In this document: positions 17,944 to 27,967 of the stretch, one piece after another
Layout of the letters: each line of letters opens with the position of its first letter
Numbering within the stretch: position 1 is the stretch's first letter
DNA from: a virus
Strand: one strand, 5' to 3'
DNA: 64,000 bases
Virus record (IMG/VR): IMGVR_UViG_3300025133_000055
Coordinates: 23,146-87,145 of that record
Translations under genes and position numbers: made by a program
The notes under the pieces: model-generated
What the model was told of the DNA's origin: nothing
Database searches by the model: none
Seen by the model: the letters and a program-made list of their open reading frames with translations, nothing else

Positions 17944-18864
17944 ATGTATTTAGAAGAGTGGGAAGAATTTAAAAGTATTTTAAAGGAGGTTGAACCTTAT
18001 CAGGAAAAGGTCCGCAATATAATAAATCCGGCCTTCAAAGAGGACACAATGTTGAATGGCGGAATTTCAAACACAGCGCCGTATACTAACAAAATTTCTG
18101 CTAAAAGTGGCAAATCAGGTCTTGGACCGATGGAGGAGGAAGTTAATCTTATTCCTGAAATTAGAGAAGATCTAAATCGTGATATTTGGAATGATGATAA
18201 TAGATTAAAGCCCGAGATTGCTGACAAATTAGTAAGAATTGCCGAAGACTTTTATAAAAAACTAGAATTACCGGCACCCATTTTAAACATAACCTTAACT
18301 GGTTCTATGGCAAATTATAATTGGACTGACAAATCAGACCTAGATGTTCATATTGTTATTGACTACTCGGCGGTGGATGAAGACATCGAGCTTGTCAGAA
18401 AGTATTTGATGGAAGCAAAAATCAATTGGAATAGGAGTCATGAAATAATGATTAAGGGCCACGAGGTGGAAATATATGTTCAAAACATAGGCGAACCTCA
18501 TCACTCAACGGGTGTTTATTCTATTTTAGACGAGGAGTGGGTAATTGAACCATTGCCAGTTGATTTTGAGGTTAGTGAAGATGCAGTTAGGCAAAAGACC
18601 GATGGCCTTAGAGAAACAATCAAGATGATCGAGAAACTTCAAAAAGAAGGAAAGCATGAAGAGGCATATGGAGATTCTGATAGATTAAAAGAGAAACTGA
18701 GAAAATTCAGGCAGGGTGGTCTTGAGAGCGGGGGCGAATTTTCAGTTGAAAATTTAGTTTTTAAGGCGCTGAGAAATGGAGGCGAGCTTGAAACTTTATC
18801 GAATTTAAAGCGCGAATCCTATGATGCCATTATGTCTATAAGAGAGGCCAAAGGGAAAAAATAA
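17944..18864 (+). CDS. Pol-beta superfamily nucleotidyltransferase with N-terminal leader
   Basis: LTGS.ANYNW...SDLDVH and EIYVQ; AACTAGTTAT upstream. Confidence 0.75.
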   Translation: MYLEEWEEFKSILKEVEPYQEKVRNIINPAFKEDTMLNGGISNTAPYTNKISAKSGKSGLGPMEEEVNLIPEIREDLNRDIWNDDNRLKPEIADKLVRIAEDFYKKLELPAPILNITLTGSMANYNWTDKSDLDVHIVIDYSAVDEDIELVRKYLMEAKINWNRSHEIMIKGHEVEIYVQNIGEPHHSTGVYSILDEEWVIEPLPVDFEVSEDAVRQKTDGLRETIKMIEKLQKEGKHEEAYGDSDRLKEKLRKFRQGGLESGGEFSVENLVFKALRNGGELETLSNLKRESYDAIMSIREAKGKK

Positions 18865-18867
18865 TGA

Positions 18868-19173
18868 ATGTCGGATCCATCTTTCAAATGCGGAGATATT
18901 GTAAGATGGAAGCCGATCTTAGATGATGTTGAATACTATTATGGATTGGTTTTAGAGAGCGAGACAACTGATGAATATGGGTATATGGAATATCCCTTTT
19001 TCTCCTATGATGATATATTCGATATGGGTTACACAACTTTCTGCACCAGGAGAATAGTTGTCTTTTCATTTCACGAACAAAAAGTAACCACCATATATCA
19101 AAGCACATTTGACGTCCCCTCCTTCCCCGAGATGGTTCACGTTTACAAGATTCCTGAAAGTGAAGATCAGTAA
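18868..19173 (+). CDS. FKxGD-type small protein
   Basis: FKCGDIVRW...GLVL. Confidence 0.5.
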   Translation: MSDPSFKCGDIVRWKPILDDVEYYYGLVLESETTDEYGYMEYPFFSYDDIFDMGYTTFCTRRIVVFSFHEQKVTTIYQSTFDVPSFPEMVHVYKIPESEDQ

Positions 19174-19193
19174 TAAATCATACAGAAAATGAC

Positions 19194-19222
19194 TTGACAA
19201 GGTGCCTCGCATGGTGTATAAT
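19194..19222 (+). promoter_or_regulatory. sigma70-type promoter opening the early module
   Basis: TTGACA-17 nt-TATAAT. Confidence 0.75.
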
Positions 19223-19246
19223 AATATTATAAACTTGGAGCTTTCA

Positions 19247-19618
19247 ATGTCACAAATTAACCTTCAACCCTCAGAACTCGAAATAAAACACGAGTTCGGT
19301 ATCCTTATGCAGAGGTTGCAGGAAAAAATTAATATATCCCACAGTAAAAATAGGAATTATGGCCTTTCTCCCGAATTGACCTTTAAAAAAGGCCGAGTAT
19401 ATTGGAAATTGATAAAGGAGCAGCGCTATGAGAATCAAGCTCAGAACAGTAAAACTGTATATGCTTTTATCCGTCGAAAAGATGGCGCAATTTTACGAGC
19501 CGCAACGTGGAAACAACCTGAAACTCGTACTAAAAACCCAATTAAGGGATATATAACTGATGAATGGTCCGCCGATTATTTTACGGCATACGGAGTCGCC
19601 TATGAACCTCAAGATTGA
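19247..19618 (+). CDS. Phage hypothetical protein (GRxYxKL...VYAFI...G.I.RAA.WK.P family)
   Basis: GGAG RBS before ATG 19247; motif recognised from phage early proteins. Confidence 0.55.
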   Translation: MSQINLQPSELEIKHEFGILMQRLQEKINISHSKNRNYGLSPELTFKKGRVYWKLIKEQRYENQAQNSKTVYAFIRRKDGAILRAATWKQPETRTKNPIKGYITDEWSADYFTAYGVAYEPQD

Positions 19619-20004
19619 AACACAACGATTGATAGTGCAGCTTCTAAATGAAGAATTGCGACGGGCAAATCGTCTTGCCACGAGGCTTTATCATAAAGAG
19701 ATCGAGGACGCCAAAGCTAACTTTATTAAATTCACTAACTTTCCAAAATAATCCTCTTGAGGTATTCGAATATGATGAAGCCAGGACAGATCATTCAGCA
19801 CTGCTGTAAATTTCTCGATAAGGAAGAAGAAGAAATGGACCGCCATTTAATTTTATCGGTGGATGAAGAATGGCTGGAAACTTATGTTTTGTTTACTAAC
19901 TGGCCGGAAGGCCCACATCGTGTGGGTGAACTTCAGCAAATACTCGTTTCAACTATCGAGTCCGAAGAAGAGACAACGAACAATTTTTATTGGAAAATAG
20001 TCTC

Positions 20005-20059
20005 TTGACATTCTCTTGACAACTTAGTTGTTGACATGAGGCTCTTTATCCTGTATAAT
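20005..20059 (+). promoter_or_regulatory. Triple-box early promoter
   Basis: TTGACA-5-TTGACA-9-TTGACA-17-TATAAT. Confidence 0.8.
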
Positions 20060-21279
20060 ATGGGTATAGAAAACGGAGAAACCAAATTGTTTAGAAACTG
20101 GATAATTCAGAGCGGCGATAATGTAATCATTGATGAGTGGTGTTCATGCTGCACCCCGGAAGAAGAAGAGTGCAGCCCTCGTTTCTTCGTTATCGACGAC
20201 CCGAATAACGCCGTGCATTCGCCCGGCGACCTCTATATTCGCTGCACGTGTTATGCTTCGGGCGATTCAGATTATGCAGTTGGTGAAACTTATCTAAAAA
20301 GAACCGTGGATCTAAAGGTATTATAGTGCAGTTTAAGCCTGGACAAATGTTAAAAATTGTCGGTGCCGAAGGATCGGGTGAGTGGGGTGTGTTCATAGTG
20401 TTGGAAAATATGCCTGATAATGGAATTAAACTTTGGACCGTTTCTGCGCCCAAAGCATGGTCAAACACCCTTTCAAGACAGACATTTATTTTCGAACCCC
20501 AACTATGGCTCGATCGACATGGCGGTGAATACATTGAAATATTAAGTGAAGAGACGGCATCACTCAATGAAGCCCCCAAGGGAAAACAACGAAATGAAGT
20601 TTAAAGTAGGAGATTTAGTAAAGCATAAAGTTGCCGGTTGGATCGGTCATATTTTGGATATGACCGAGAGGGATATTACCATCCGAGTTATGTACGAACC
20701 AAGGGGAACAATCTGGCCAGTGATTTTATTGTTCCCTTCACAACTGGAATTGCTGGAAAAAGTATTATGAAAAGACATTACAAACCAATCAAACATGAAG
20801 GAAAACATGATCAAAACTTGTAAACATTGTGGAATTGAATTTAACTTATACTCACGTCAGAAAAAACTGGTCGGAGGTTATATAAATGAGTGTCCAGACT
20901 GCGTTGAGGAATTGGGTGGTGACCAGTCAGAGCCTAGACATTTCGGTGTCACTGGTTCCTGTGGCTCTGTGAATATCCGACGATTCGATAGTGAGGAAGA
21001 TAGAAAACAATTTCAAAAAGATTATGAATCTACCAAAACAATTAAGGATTTCTTATAATGTCGATGCTCGAAGAACTTCAGGGCTACCCTCTCCCAGATC
21101 CCTCTTTCCAATGGAGGGACGAGGCAGAAATTTATACTTTGGAGCAGTCTGATTCGTCTTGGGTTTTGTACTGCGACGGCATGTCAGTTCGCGATAACTT
21201 TGGATATCCCATCATTTTCGAGACTAGCTGGGATGCAAAAAAGTATGCGAAGGAGATTTTAGGGCACGAAGATGTGGTC

Positions 21280-21334
21280 TTGACATTCTCTTGACAACTT
21301 TTCTCTTGACCTGACCTAAAATATCGTGTATAAT
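21280..21334 (+). promoter_or_regulatory. Triple-box early promoter
   Basis: TTGACA-5-TTGACA-9-TTGACC-17-TATAAT. Confidence 0.8.
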
Positions 21335-23176
21335 ATAGATACATTTCAACCAAAGGAGCATTTTCAAATGCCTTATCGTGACGAACCATCCCTTAAAGAC
21401 CTTTACACTATTTCTTCTGAGGAATACTACGAAGAAAACTATGATTTTGGCGGGTCATATGATCCAATGCCTCTCGATATGGAGGAAGAATGCCCACAAT
21501 GGATGCAGGAGCAAATTGATGAAGAAATCCCCTTTTAAAAATGGAGATACTGTTACTCTGACCTTTCGTAGAAAGGACAGAAAGGCATCGTCACGCACTC
21601 GCAATAGAATAAGGGAACACGGGCCGGAATTCGTGGTGAGACAATCACCACGGGCCTTTAGGGGTGCGGGAGAGCTTGAAAATCGCCTGTGTGTTATGTT
21701 AGAGCCGGTCCCAAATCCAAACGAGTGGGCCGGTTGGTTGCCACTGGATGAAATAGAGATTATAAATGTCGTTTAAATTTAAAACAGGACAAATCATTGA
21801 CATGGAAAAACGCTCGCTGCTCGGCCGCCGCGTGTATCGGTATATCATTCTAGGCCCAGGCGAGAACCGGGGTTTCTCCTTGGTTTATTGCATGCACTCA
21901 CCGCGAGATCATGATGTAGGGCAAACCTTCTCTATGAATAATTTTGTTCTAAACGCCGCAGGAGTCGCTGTTGATGGAATTTGAAGTTGGCCAAGCTGTT
22001 GAGGAATTTTATTCCGATAGTCATAAGTGGGTTTCCACCTACCTTATCCTTCAAGTGGATTATGTGGGAAGGGTAGTCGAGGCGCTGTGCCTGGGAGAAT
22101 CGGAAGATCACGGCTACACTGGCGGACATATTGTGAAATTCCCCTTTACTGTTTTCACGGATCCGCCCGAGAGTTATTGGAAAGTAAATGAAAAATCAGT
22201 TTAAACCTGGGCAAATCATTAACGAGTATTGTGTATGGAAAACTGACAGATTGTTTTCGTCTTATTTAATAATTGATGAAGGCGGTTATCAAAATATGCA
22301 CTGGAAATGTTTGTGTATATATAACGACTGTGCCGATATCAGGGAAAAGCCAGGAGAAACGCGCTTTATCAAAAAAGAGTGGCTGGCAAATCAGTCCAGC
22401 GCGAAGCAGCGCAACTGGCCATCTTTCTGGAAAATTGAAAATGAAGTTTGAAACAGGACAAATCGTTGTGCAATCTATGAATGGCATCCAGGGAATTGTT
22501 TTGGAACACAAGACTACACCTCACAATTCGTATTACAATAAGGTAATTATCTACTGTACTTTCGCTCCTCACAATTCATCATTGGTTGGACAAGCCCTGG
22601 AGCTTAGCGCCTTTGGGCTAAAGGTTAAAGATGAAAAATCAGTTTAAACCTGGGGATTTGATTGGGAACGCCCCAAATGGATACCATCCCGATGAGCCAC
22701 TGCCTCCACAACTCATGGCGAGTGGCGATTTCCGAGGTATAATCTTGGATATCAATAGTATCGGAGACGGCGGCTTTCGTCAGTGGTGCATAACGCTGCT
22801 TATCACGCTGAATCTAAATTACAATGAGTATTTTCAGAAAGAATACCCCGTTAATACAGTTAAAACCTTAACAATCAACGACCTTTCAAAATGGAGAAAG
22901 ATAATAAATGTTTGAAGCAATTTACATCAACCGAGATCAGGCTTTTGAATTCGATAATGGGCAGGATCTCTATTTTGGTCCGGTTGGAACTTGGTTTTCA
23001 GTCCGCGCCGATGCTCTCCTGAGATCCCGTCCTGGCGGATACGACAAGACTCACACTGAAATACTAAAATCATATGGTACAGAAAATATCCTGCTTGTAC
23101 GCACACAATCCTGCGGTCCAGGCTGGTATCAAATTCACCCGAACGAAAGATAGATTATAAACTATTTATAAAGTTG

Positions 23177-23231
23177 TTGACATTCTCTTGACAACTTTTT
23201 TATTGACTCCAACTGAAAAACCCTGTATAAT
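23177..23231 (+). promoter_or_regulatory. Triple-box early promoter
   Basis: TTGACA-5-TTGACA-9-TTGACT-17-TATAAT. Confidence 0.8.
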
Positions 23232-23260
23232 GTATATACATTCAACGGAGATCCTCTCAC

Positions 23261-23851
23261 ATGCCCGCACAACTTGAACGAATTGAAAAACTCCTCGAAA
23301 ATCAGGACTTGTCAGCTTCTAACCGCTCTTTCGCGGAGTCGTTGAGGAATAGCCACAAAAAGTGGAAATCTCTCACTTTTGCTCAGTGGTCTGCATTCGA
23401 GAGGATGGAAGCCCGCTATGACCCTGCCGTCATTAACGCTCGAAAAGAGTGGACCAATGCCTGGAATAACGAAAAGGCTAAGAACCTTCGCATTGCTGCT
23501 GAGTATTACCTTCAAAATCCGCCTTATTTCGGTGACATCGCCGCGAAGATTGTTTCGGACGAAACTTATGTTCCGTCTGCTAAGCTTTATCGCAAGATGG
23601 TCGAAAACAAGTACGTTCAAAAGGTGCTTACAACCCGTGCTTCCGAGCCTGCCTTTGAAGTCGGCTCGCTGGTAAAGGTTCGCAAAACCAGTAGAAATCA
23701 CCGTCTGAGAGATCGGATCGCTATGGTTGTCGATAATAACGGAGTAGTCAAGACATCAGCTAAGGGAGGAAAAACCTACACTATCCTTCCTTTCGGTGAA
23801 GCGAACACGATCCAGATCGAAGAACGTTGGCTCAAAAGACACCGAGGATAA
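23261..23851 (+). CDS. Early hypothetical protein with C-terminal SH3/KOW-like segment
   Basis: FEVGSLVKV near the C-terminus; GGAG RBS. Confidence 0.65.
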   Translation: MPAQLERIEKLLENQDLSASNRSFAESLRNSHKKWKSLTFAQWSAFERMEARYDPAVINARKEWTNAWNNEKAKNLRIAAEYYLQNPPYFGDIAAKIVSDETYVPSAKLYRKMVENKYVQKVLTTRASEPAFEVGSLVKVRKTSRNHRLRDRIAMVVDNNGVVKTSAKGGKTYTILPFGEANTIQIEERWLKRHRG

Positions 23852-23853
23852 AG

Positions 23854-24093
23854 ATGCTTGAACCTGTACAATTGAAGGCCGGGGATGTTATCTCTCAAGT
23901 CCACGGCGAAAAGGAAGTTTTAAGGGTAGCTTTAACGAAGGCCGACGAGGAGATTTTGGAGGGTTACATTTTGCTCAGCGATTACGAAACCTGGGGGCAG
24001 GAAAACATAGGGGAAACCTTCCGAATGACGACGGATTATTTTTCAGCATGGTCGAATAATAAAACTGCCTTTGTTTATTGGAGGGTAGTGTGA
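23854..24093 (+). CDS. xKxGD-type small protein
   Basis: LKAGDVI...YWRVV. Confidence 0.5.
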   Translation: MLEPVQLKAGDVISQVHGEKEVLRVALTKADEEILEGYILLSDYETWGQENIGETFRMTTDYFSAWSNNKTAFVYWRVV

Positions 24094-24366
24094 AAACACA
24101 GATTTAAACTTGAATATGGCCAAGTGGGGCCAATTAACAAAAAACCCAGCCCGTTGCTGTATAGGGCTGGCTCTCGATTCTAAGGGTTGAAGGTTGCTTA
24201 TCGTGGATGCGGTACATAAAGGGCTTTCTATCTCCATTATCGAGGGGGCTACCATGAGAGTGTCAACAACAGATTTATGCAGATAGGAAGTCGGCTATCC
24301 GAGAAAAACGACACCGGCCCCACTTGGTCATCATCTATTTACCAGTTTGAAACTTTATAAAATCTC

Positions 24367-24421
24367 TTGACATTTTCTTTACAATTTAGTTATTGACTTG
24401 AACCGAAATATCCTGTATAAT
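24367..24421 (+). promoter_or_regulatory. Triple-box early promoter
   Basis: TTGACA-5-TTTACA-9-TTGACT-17-TATAAT. Confidence 0.8.
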
Positions 24422-24447
24422 ATAGGTACAAATTAGGAGTTCCCAGT

Positions 24448-25224
24448 ATGTCTATTCGCCGTCCAAATTCTGCCCATAAAAGAACCGTCCGTTGCTCATT
24501 TTGCTATGAGAGAGGACATAACAAGTCATCCTGTCCAAAATACGCCGCGAAAATAGAGGATTTTCGTACTAAATACGGTGATGACCATTATGATGTCCGC
24601 CGCTTTGACGCGAAGAAAGCCAGAAGACACGCGAAGGCCAAGGATCGCAAGTGCTCATATTGCGACGGGAAAGGCCACAATCGCGCGACCTGTCCTGAAC
24701 TACTCAGCCACATTCGCGAAAGTCAGGCTAAAACCGCCTCTTTCCGCAAGTCGATGCTCGCGCGAATGAAGGCGCTGGGAATTGGTGTTGGGACTGTTTT
24801 GTCAACGGATAGGTTTATGGGTCGCACCAATAAGGATGATTATGAATCTGCGCGCTATCGCATCCCGCACGTTATTACACTTATAAACTGGGATAATATC
24901 AATCACTTTAATCGAGAATACTCTTATTTTGATGGCAATGCCCCGTGGGTTTCCAAGCCTTTATGCGAGATCTCGGCACGTTGGAATAGTGAACCGGGCT
25001 GGCCCTGGGACGCCGAAATTGTGAAGTTACTTATGGGAGAAGCAAATGCGACAGAATGGATTGAAGGAACCCACTGGCGATTCGATCGAAGGATGCAATA
25101 TTTTTGTGATGTAGAATGCCCGGTACCAACCCCACAGCCGCCCCACAAGTGGCTTCTCGGGGGAGATCTAAAGTATTGGAAAGGGATTTATAAGAAAACA
25201 AAATCCTATTCAGGGGCTTTGTAA
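24448..25224 (+). CDS. Protein with two CCHC zinc knuckles
   Basis: CSFCYERGHNKSSC and CSYCDGKGHNRATC (Cx2Cx4Hx4C). Confidence 0.75.
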   Translation: MSIRRPNSAHKRTVRCSFCYERGHNKSSCPKYAAKIEDFRTKYGDDHYDVRRFDAKKARRHAKAKDRKCSYCDGKGHNRATCPELLSHIRESQAKTASFRKSMLARMKALGIGVGTVLSTDRFMGRTNKDDYESARYRIPHVITLINWDNINHFNREYSYFDGNAPWVSKPLCEISARWNSEPGWPWDAEIVKLLMGEANATEWIEGTHWRFDRRMQYFCDVECPVPTPQPPHKWLLGGDLKYWKGIYKKTKSYSGAL

Positions 25225-25238
25225 GCCTCTTTTCACCC

Positions 25239-25293
25239 TTGACATTCTCTTGACAACTTTCTTATTGACCTAAGCCAAAATATCGTGTATAAT
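25239..25293 (+). promoter_or_regulatory. Triple-box early promoter
   Basis: TTGACA-5-TTGACA-9-TTGACC-17-TATAAT. Confidence 0.8.
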
Positions 25294-25339
25294 GTATACA
25301 TAACTTGAACCTCTTCCCTACTTATCACTGGAGCCTAAA

Positions 25340-26494
25340 ATGTCCGTCGCCATCACATTCTCAAACCTCTCTTCAATGATCCCGGCCCTTTTATCGGGTG
25401 ACGAAAACAACCTTTATTCCGTTCTTATCCGTGGTCGCCACGGTATCGGCAAATCGTGGATTGCATACCAGACCGCCGCTGGCCTGACGTGGGATAAGAA
25501 GGCCAAAACTACGCGCCCGATTAAGAAGGGCGAAACTCCTCTTCCGGTAGAAGAGCAGCGCGCATCACAGATGACTGAGGGCGATCTGCTGGGTTTGCCG
25601 AGTCCAGAGATGGTTAAGATCAATGGCGAGCTTGCGGCCAACCTGCGCCCATTTGCTTGGCTTATAAGGGCATGCACGGAGCCGGTTGTGCTTTTCCTCG
25701 ATGAGATCGATCGAGGCACCACCGAGGTACGTCAGGGATTTTTCCAGCTTGGCGATAGCCGTCAAATCAACGGCTGGAAATTGCACCCTGGAACCGTTGT
25801 TTTCGGTGCAGTCAACGGCGGCGTTCACGCAGCCCAGTATCAGGTCGCCGATATGGATCCCGCAGAACTTGATCGCTGGGTTACTTTCGATGTCGAACCT
25901 TCTATTGAAGATTGGCTTAACTGGGGCAAAACCGAGGTTCATCCTATCGTATGGGACTTTATTAATCAGAATCACGATCATCTGGAGCACAAAGGCGAAT
26001 TTGAGCCGGGTACCGTATACCCATCACGCCGATCGTGGCACCGCTTGAGTAACACACTCGCTAAGGTCGATATGCTCGACGACGAAAACGCCGATTTAGG
26101 CTTGCTTTTCAACCTGAGTCATGGATTTGTCGGCTTTGAAGCTGCGGTTTGCTTCCGCGACTTCGTTGAGAATTTCGAGCGTCAAGTAACCGTTGAGGAT
26201 ATCTTAGATGATGGCAAGATCGAGAAAACCAAAGATTTTGGCCTAGTTGATCATGTCGCTTTAATTGAGAAAATGGCAGCACGCGCCGTATTCGCTGCTA
26301 AAATTGAGGATCCCCGAATGATCAATTTAGTCGCCTACTTTGATGCACTCCCGGCTGAGGCTCGAATGAAGTTATTCACAACTTTAACTGAGGACAATAA
26401 CCAGATCTCAGCGGACAACGGCTCCACATTCCACAGAGAATTAGCTAGACAGGGCAAGGTTGGAGCATTTATTAAGCTTCTCGGTGGGAAGTAA
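25340..26494 (+). CDS. MoxR-like AAA+ ATPase
   Basis: Walker A GRHGIGKS, Walker B LFLDEIDR, AVN, DPAELDRW and PSRRSW. Confidence 0.85.
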   Translation: MSVAITFSNLSSMIPALLSGDENNLYSVLIRGRHGIGKSWIAYQTAAGLTWDKKAKTTRPIKKGETPLPVEEQRASQMTEGDLLGLPSPEMVKINGELAANLRPFAWLIRACTEPVVLFLDEIDRGTTEVRQGFFQLGDSRQINGWKLHPGTVVFGAVNGGVHAAQYQVADMDPAELDRWVTFDVEPSIEDWLNWGKTEVHPIVWDFINQNHDHLEHKGEFEPGTVYPSRRSWHRLSNTLAKVDMLDDENADLGLLFNLSHGFVGFEAAVCFRDFVENFERQVTVEDILDDGKIEKTKDFGLVDHVALIEKMAARAVFAAKIEDPRMINLVAYFDALPAEARMKLFTTLTEDNNQISADNGSTFHRELARQGKVGAFIKLLGGK

Positions 26495-26504
26495 AACACA
26501 GGTT

Positions 26505-26528
26505 GAAGGGGGCTTTTTCGCCCCCTTC
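26505..26528 (+). terminator. GC-rich hairpin after the AAA+ gene
   Basis: GAAGGGGGC-6 nt-GCCCCCTTC; lacks a clear U tract. Confidence 0.35.
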
Positions 26529-26534
26529 GGCCTC

Positions 26535-26589
26535 TTGACATTCTTTTGACAATTGTTTTATAGACAAGTGCACTAAGATCGTGTATAAT
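26535..26589 (+). promoter_or_regulatory. Triple-box early promoter
   Basis: TTGACA-5-TTGACA-9-TAGACA-17-TATAAT. Confidence 0.75.
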
Positions 26590-26614
26590 ATATATATAAA
26601 TCGGAGCTTCCTAC

Positions 26615-27967
26615 ATGACAACTATCGCCACAAAACCCGCTACTGAGGTTCTACCTTTTAATCTCGATGAACACATTGTTGATCTTTTGAGAGATGAACC
26701 CTTTTTTGCCGCTTTATCCCGTCGTATGGATAAGGTACCTTCAACCCGGATCCCTACCGCTGGCGTGTGCTTAAATGAGGAACGATGCCGGTTTGAACTG
26801 GTTTATAACCCGATCTTCATGGGATCGATCCTTGCACGCGATAGGAAATTCGTTAAGGGTATTTTGCTCCATGAATTTTATCACATTGTGCTTTTGCATG
26901 TCACTACTCGCTTGCCAGATGGTAAAATGTCTAAAAAGTGGAATATTGCAACCGATTTAGCGATTAATAGCGATCTTTCAATCTTTGATCACGCCGAGAC
27001 ATCTACAGGCTGGAAAATGGTTAGTACAATATTGCCCGAAGAAGCACTGTTTCCGACCGTAGGCCCATTTGCAGAGTTTCCACCGGGATTATCGGCCGAG
27101 GAGTATCTTGAAATGCTGCCCGAGGGCGACGACGAAGGCGACGAAGGCGACGAAGGCGGCGAAGGCGAAGGCTCCGGCGCTGGGAAGGGAAAAGGGCAGA
27201 AAGAAAGTGATGAATCCGACGAAGGTGAGGAGGGAAGTGAGGGATCTGGCGATAGTGACGGTCCCTCCTCACCTTCCGAGGGTCACGGTGACCATTCCAA
27301 TTGGGGCGACTCTGACGGTACAGATGAAAAACGTAAGATTGCGGAAGAGCGCCTAAAGGAAAATATTAAAGAGTCTTTCGTTGAGTCGCAATCTAAGGGG
27401 TTCGGATCTGTATCGGCTGGCATGCGCCGACAAATTAAAGAAGCGATCACACCTAAAGTCAATTGGCGTTCTATCCTTCGTTCATTCGTCAAGGCTTCTC
27501 AAAGAGCGGATAGAACCTCGACAATTAAGAAATTAAATCGCCGCTATGCCTATATCCATCCGGGCCGCAAAGCAAAGCGCCAAGCGAAAATAGCGGTTTC
27601 AATTGATCAATCGGGCAGTGTGTCCGATCAAATGCTTGTCGCATTTTACGCCGAGCTTGAAAAGCTTTCTCAGCTTGCTGAATTCACGGTAATCCCCTTT
27701 GATACCGAGGTTGCCGAGGATCATGTTCACGTCTGGAAAAAAGGTGAGCGTCATGAGAAGGCCCGTTATAGATACGGCGGAACCTGCTTTAATTGCTGCA
27801 CCAAATGGGTCAACGAACGACAGTTCGATGGTCACATTGTCCTGACTGATATGGAGGCTCCTAAGCCGGTTCCGAGCAAGTCTCAGCGTATGTGGATGAC
27901 AACCAAGCGATGCGCCGAGCACCCTTATTTCAAAACCAACGAAAGAGTGATCGCAATCGATGATTAA
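26615..27967 (+). CDS. Metallopeptidase-like plus vWA domain protein (DUF2201-type MoxR partner)
   Basis: HEFYH...H, WNIATDLAIN, acidic linker, IDQSGSV MIDAS, GGT and LTD. Confidence 0.82.
   Translation: MTTIATKPATEVLPFNLDEHIVDLLRDEPFFAALSRRMDKVPSTRIPTAGVCLNEERCRFELVYNPIFMGSILARDRKFVKGILLHEFYHIVLLHVTTRLPDGKMSKKWNIATDLAINSDLSIFDHAETSTGWKMVSTILPEEALFPTVGPFAEFPPGLSAEEYLEMLPEGDDEGDEGDEGGEGEGSGAGKGKGQKESDESDEGEEGSEGSGDSDGPSSPSEGHGDHSNWGDSDGTDEKRKIAEERLKENIKESFVESQSKGFGSVSAGMRRQIKEAITPKVNWRSILRSFVKASQRADRTSTIKKLNRRYAYIHPGRKAKRQAKIAVSIDQSGSVSDQMLVAFYAELEKLSQLAEFTVIPFDTEVAEDHVHVWKKGERHEKARYRYGGTCFNCCTKWVNERQFDGHIVLTDMEAPKPVPSKSQRMWMTTKRCAEHPYFKTNERVIAIDD

Larger units (their letters stand above)
19772..23153 (+). 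other. Cluster of about 14 small early ORFs, mostly FKxG(D/Q)xI beta-barrel-like paralogs
   Basis: Likely family starts at 19772, 20326, 20594, 21519, 21766, 21971, 22188, 22441 and 22631, plus others; tightly overlapping. Confidence 0.65.
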
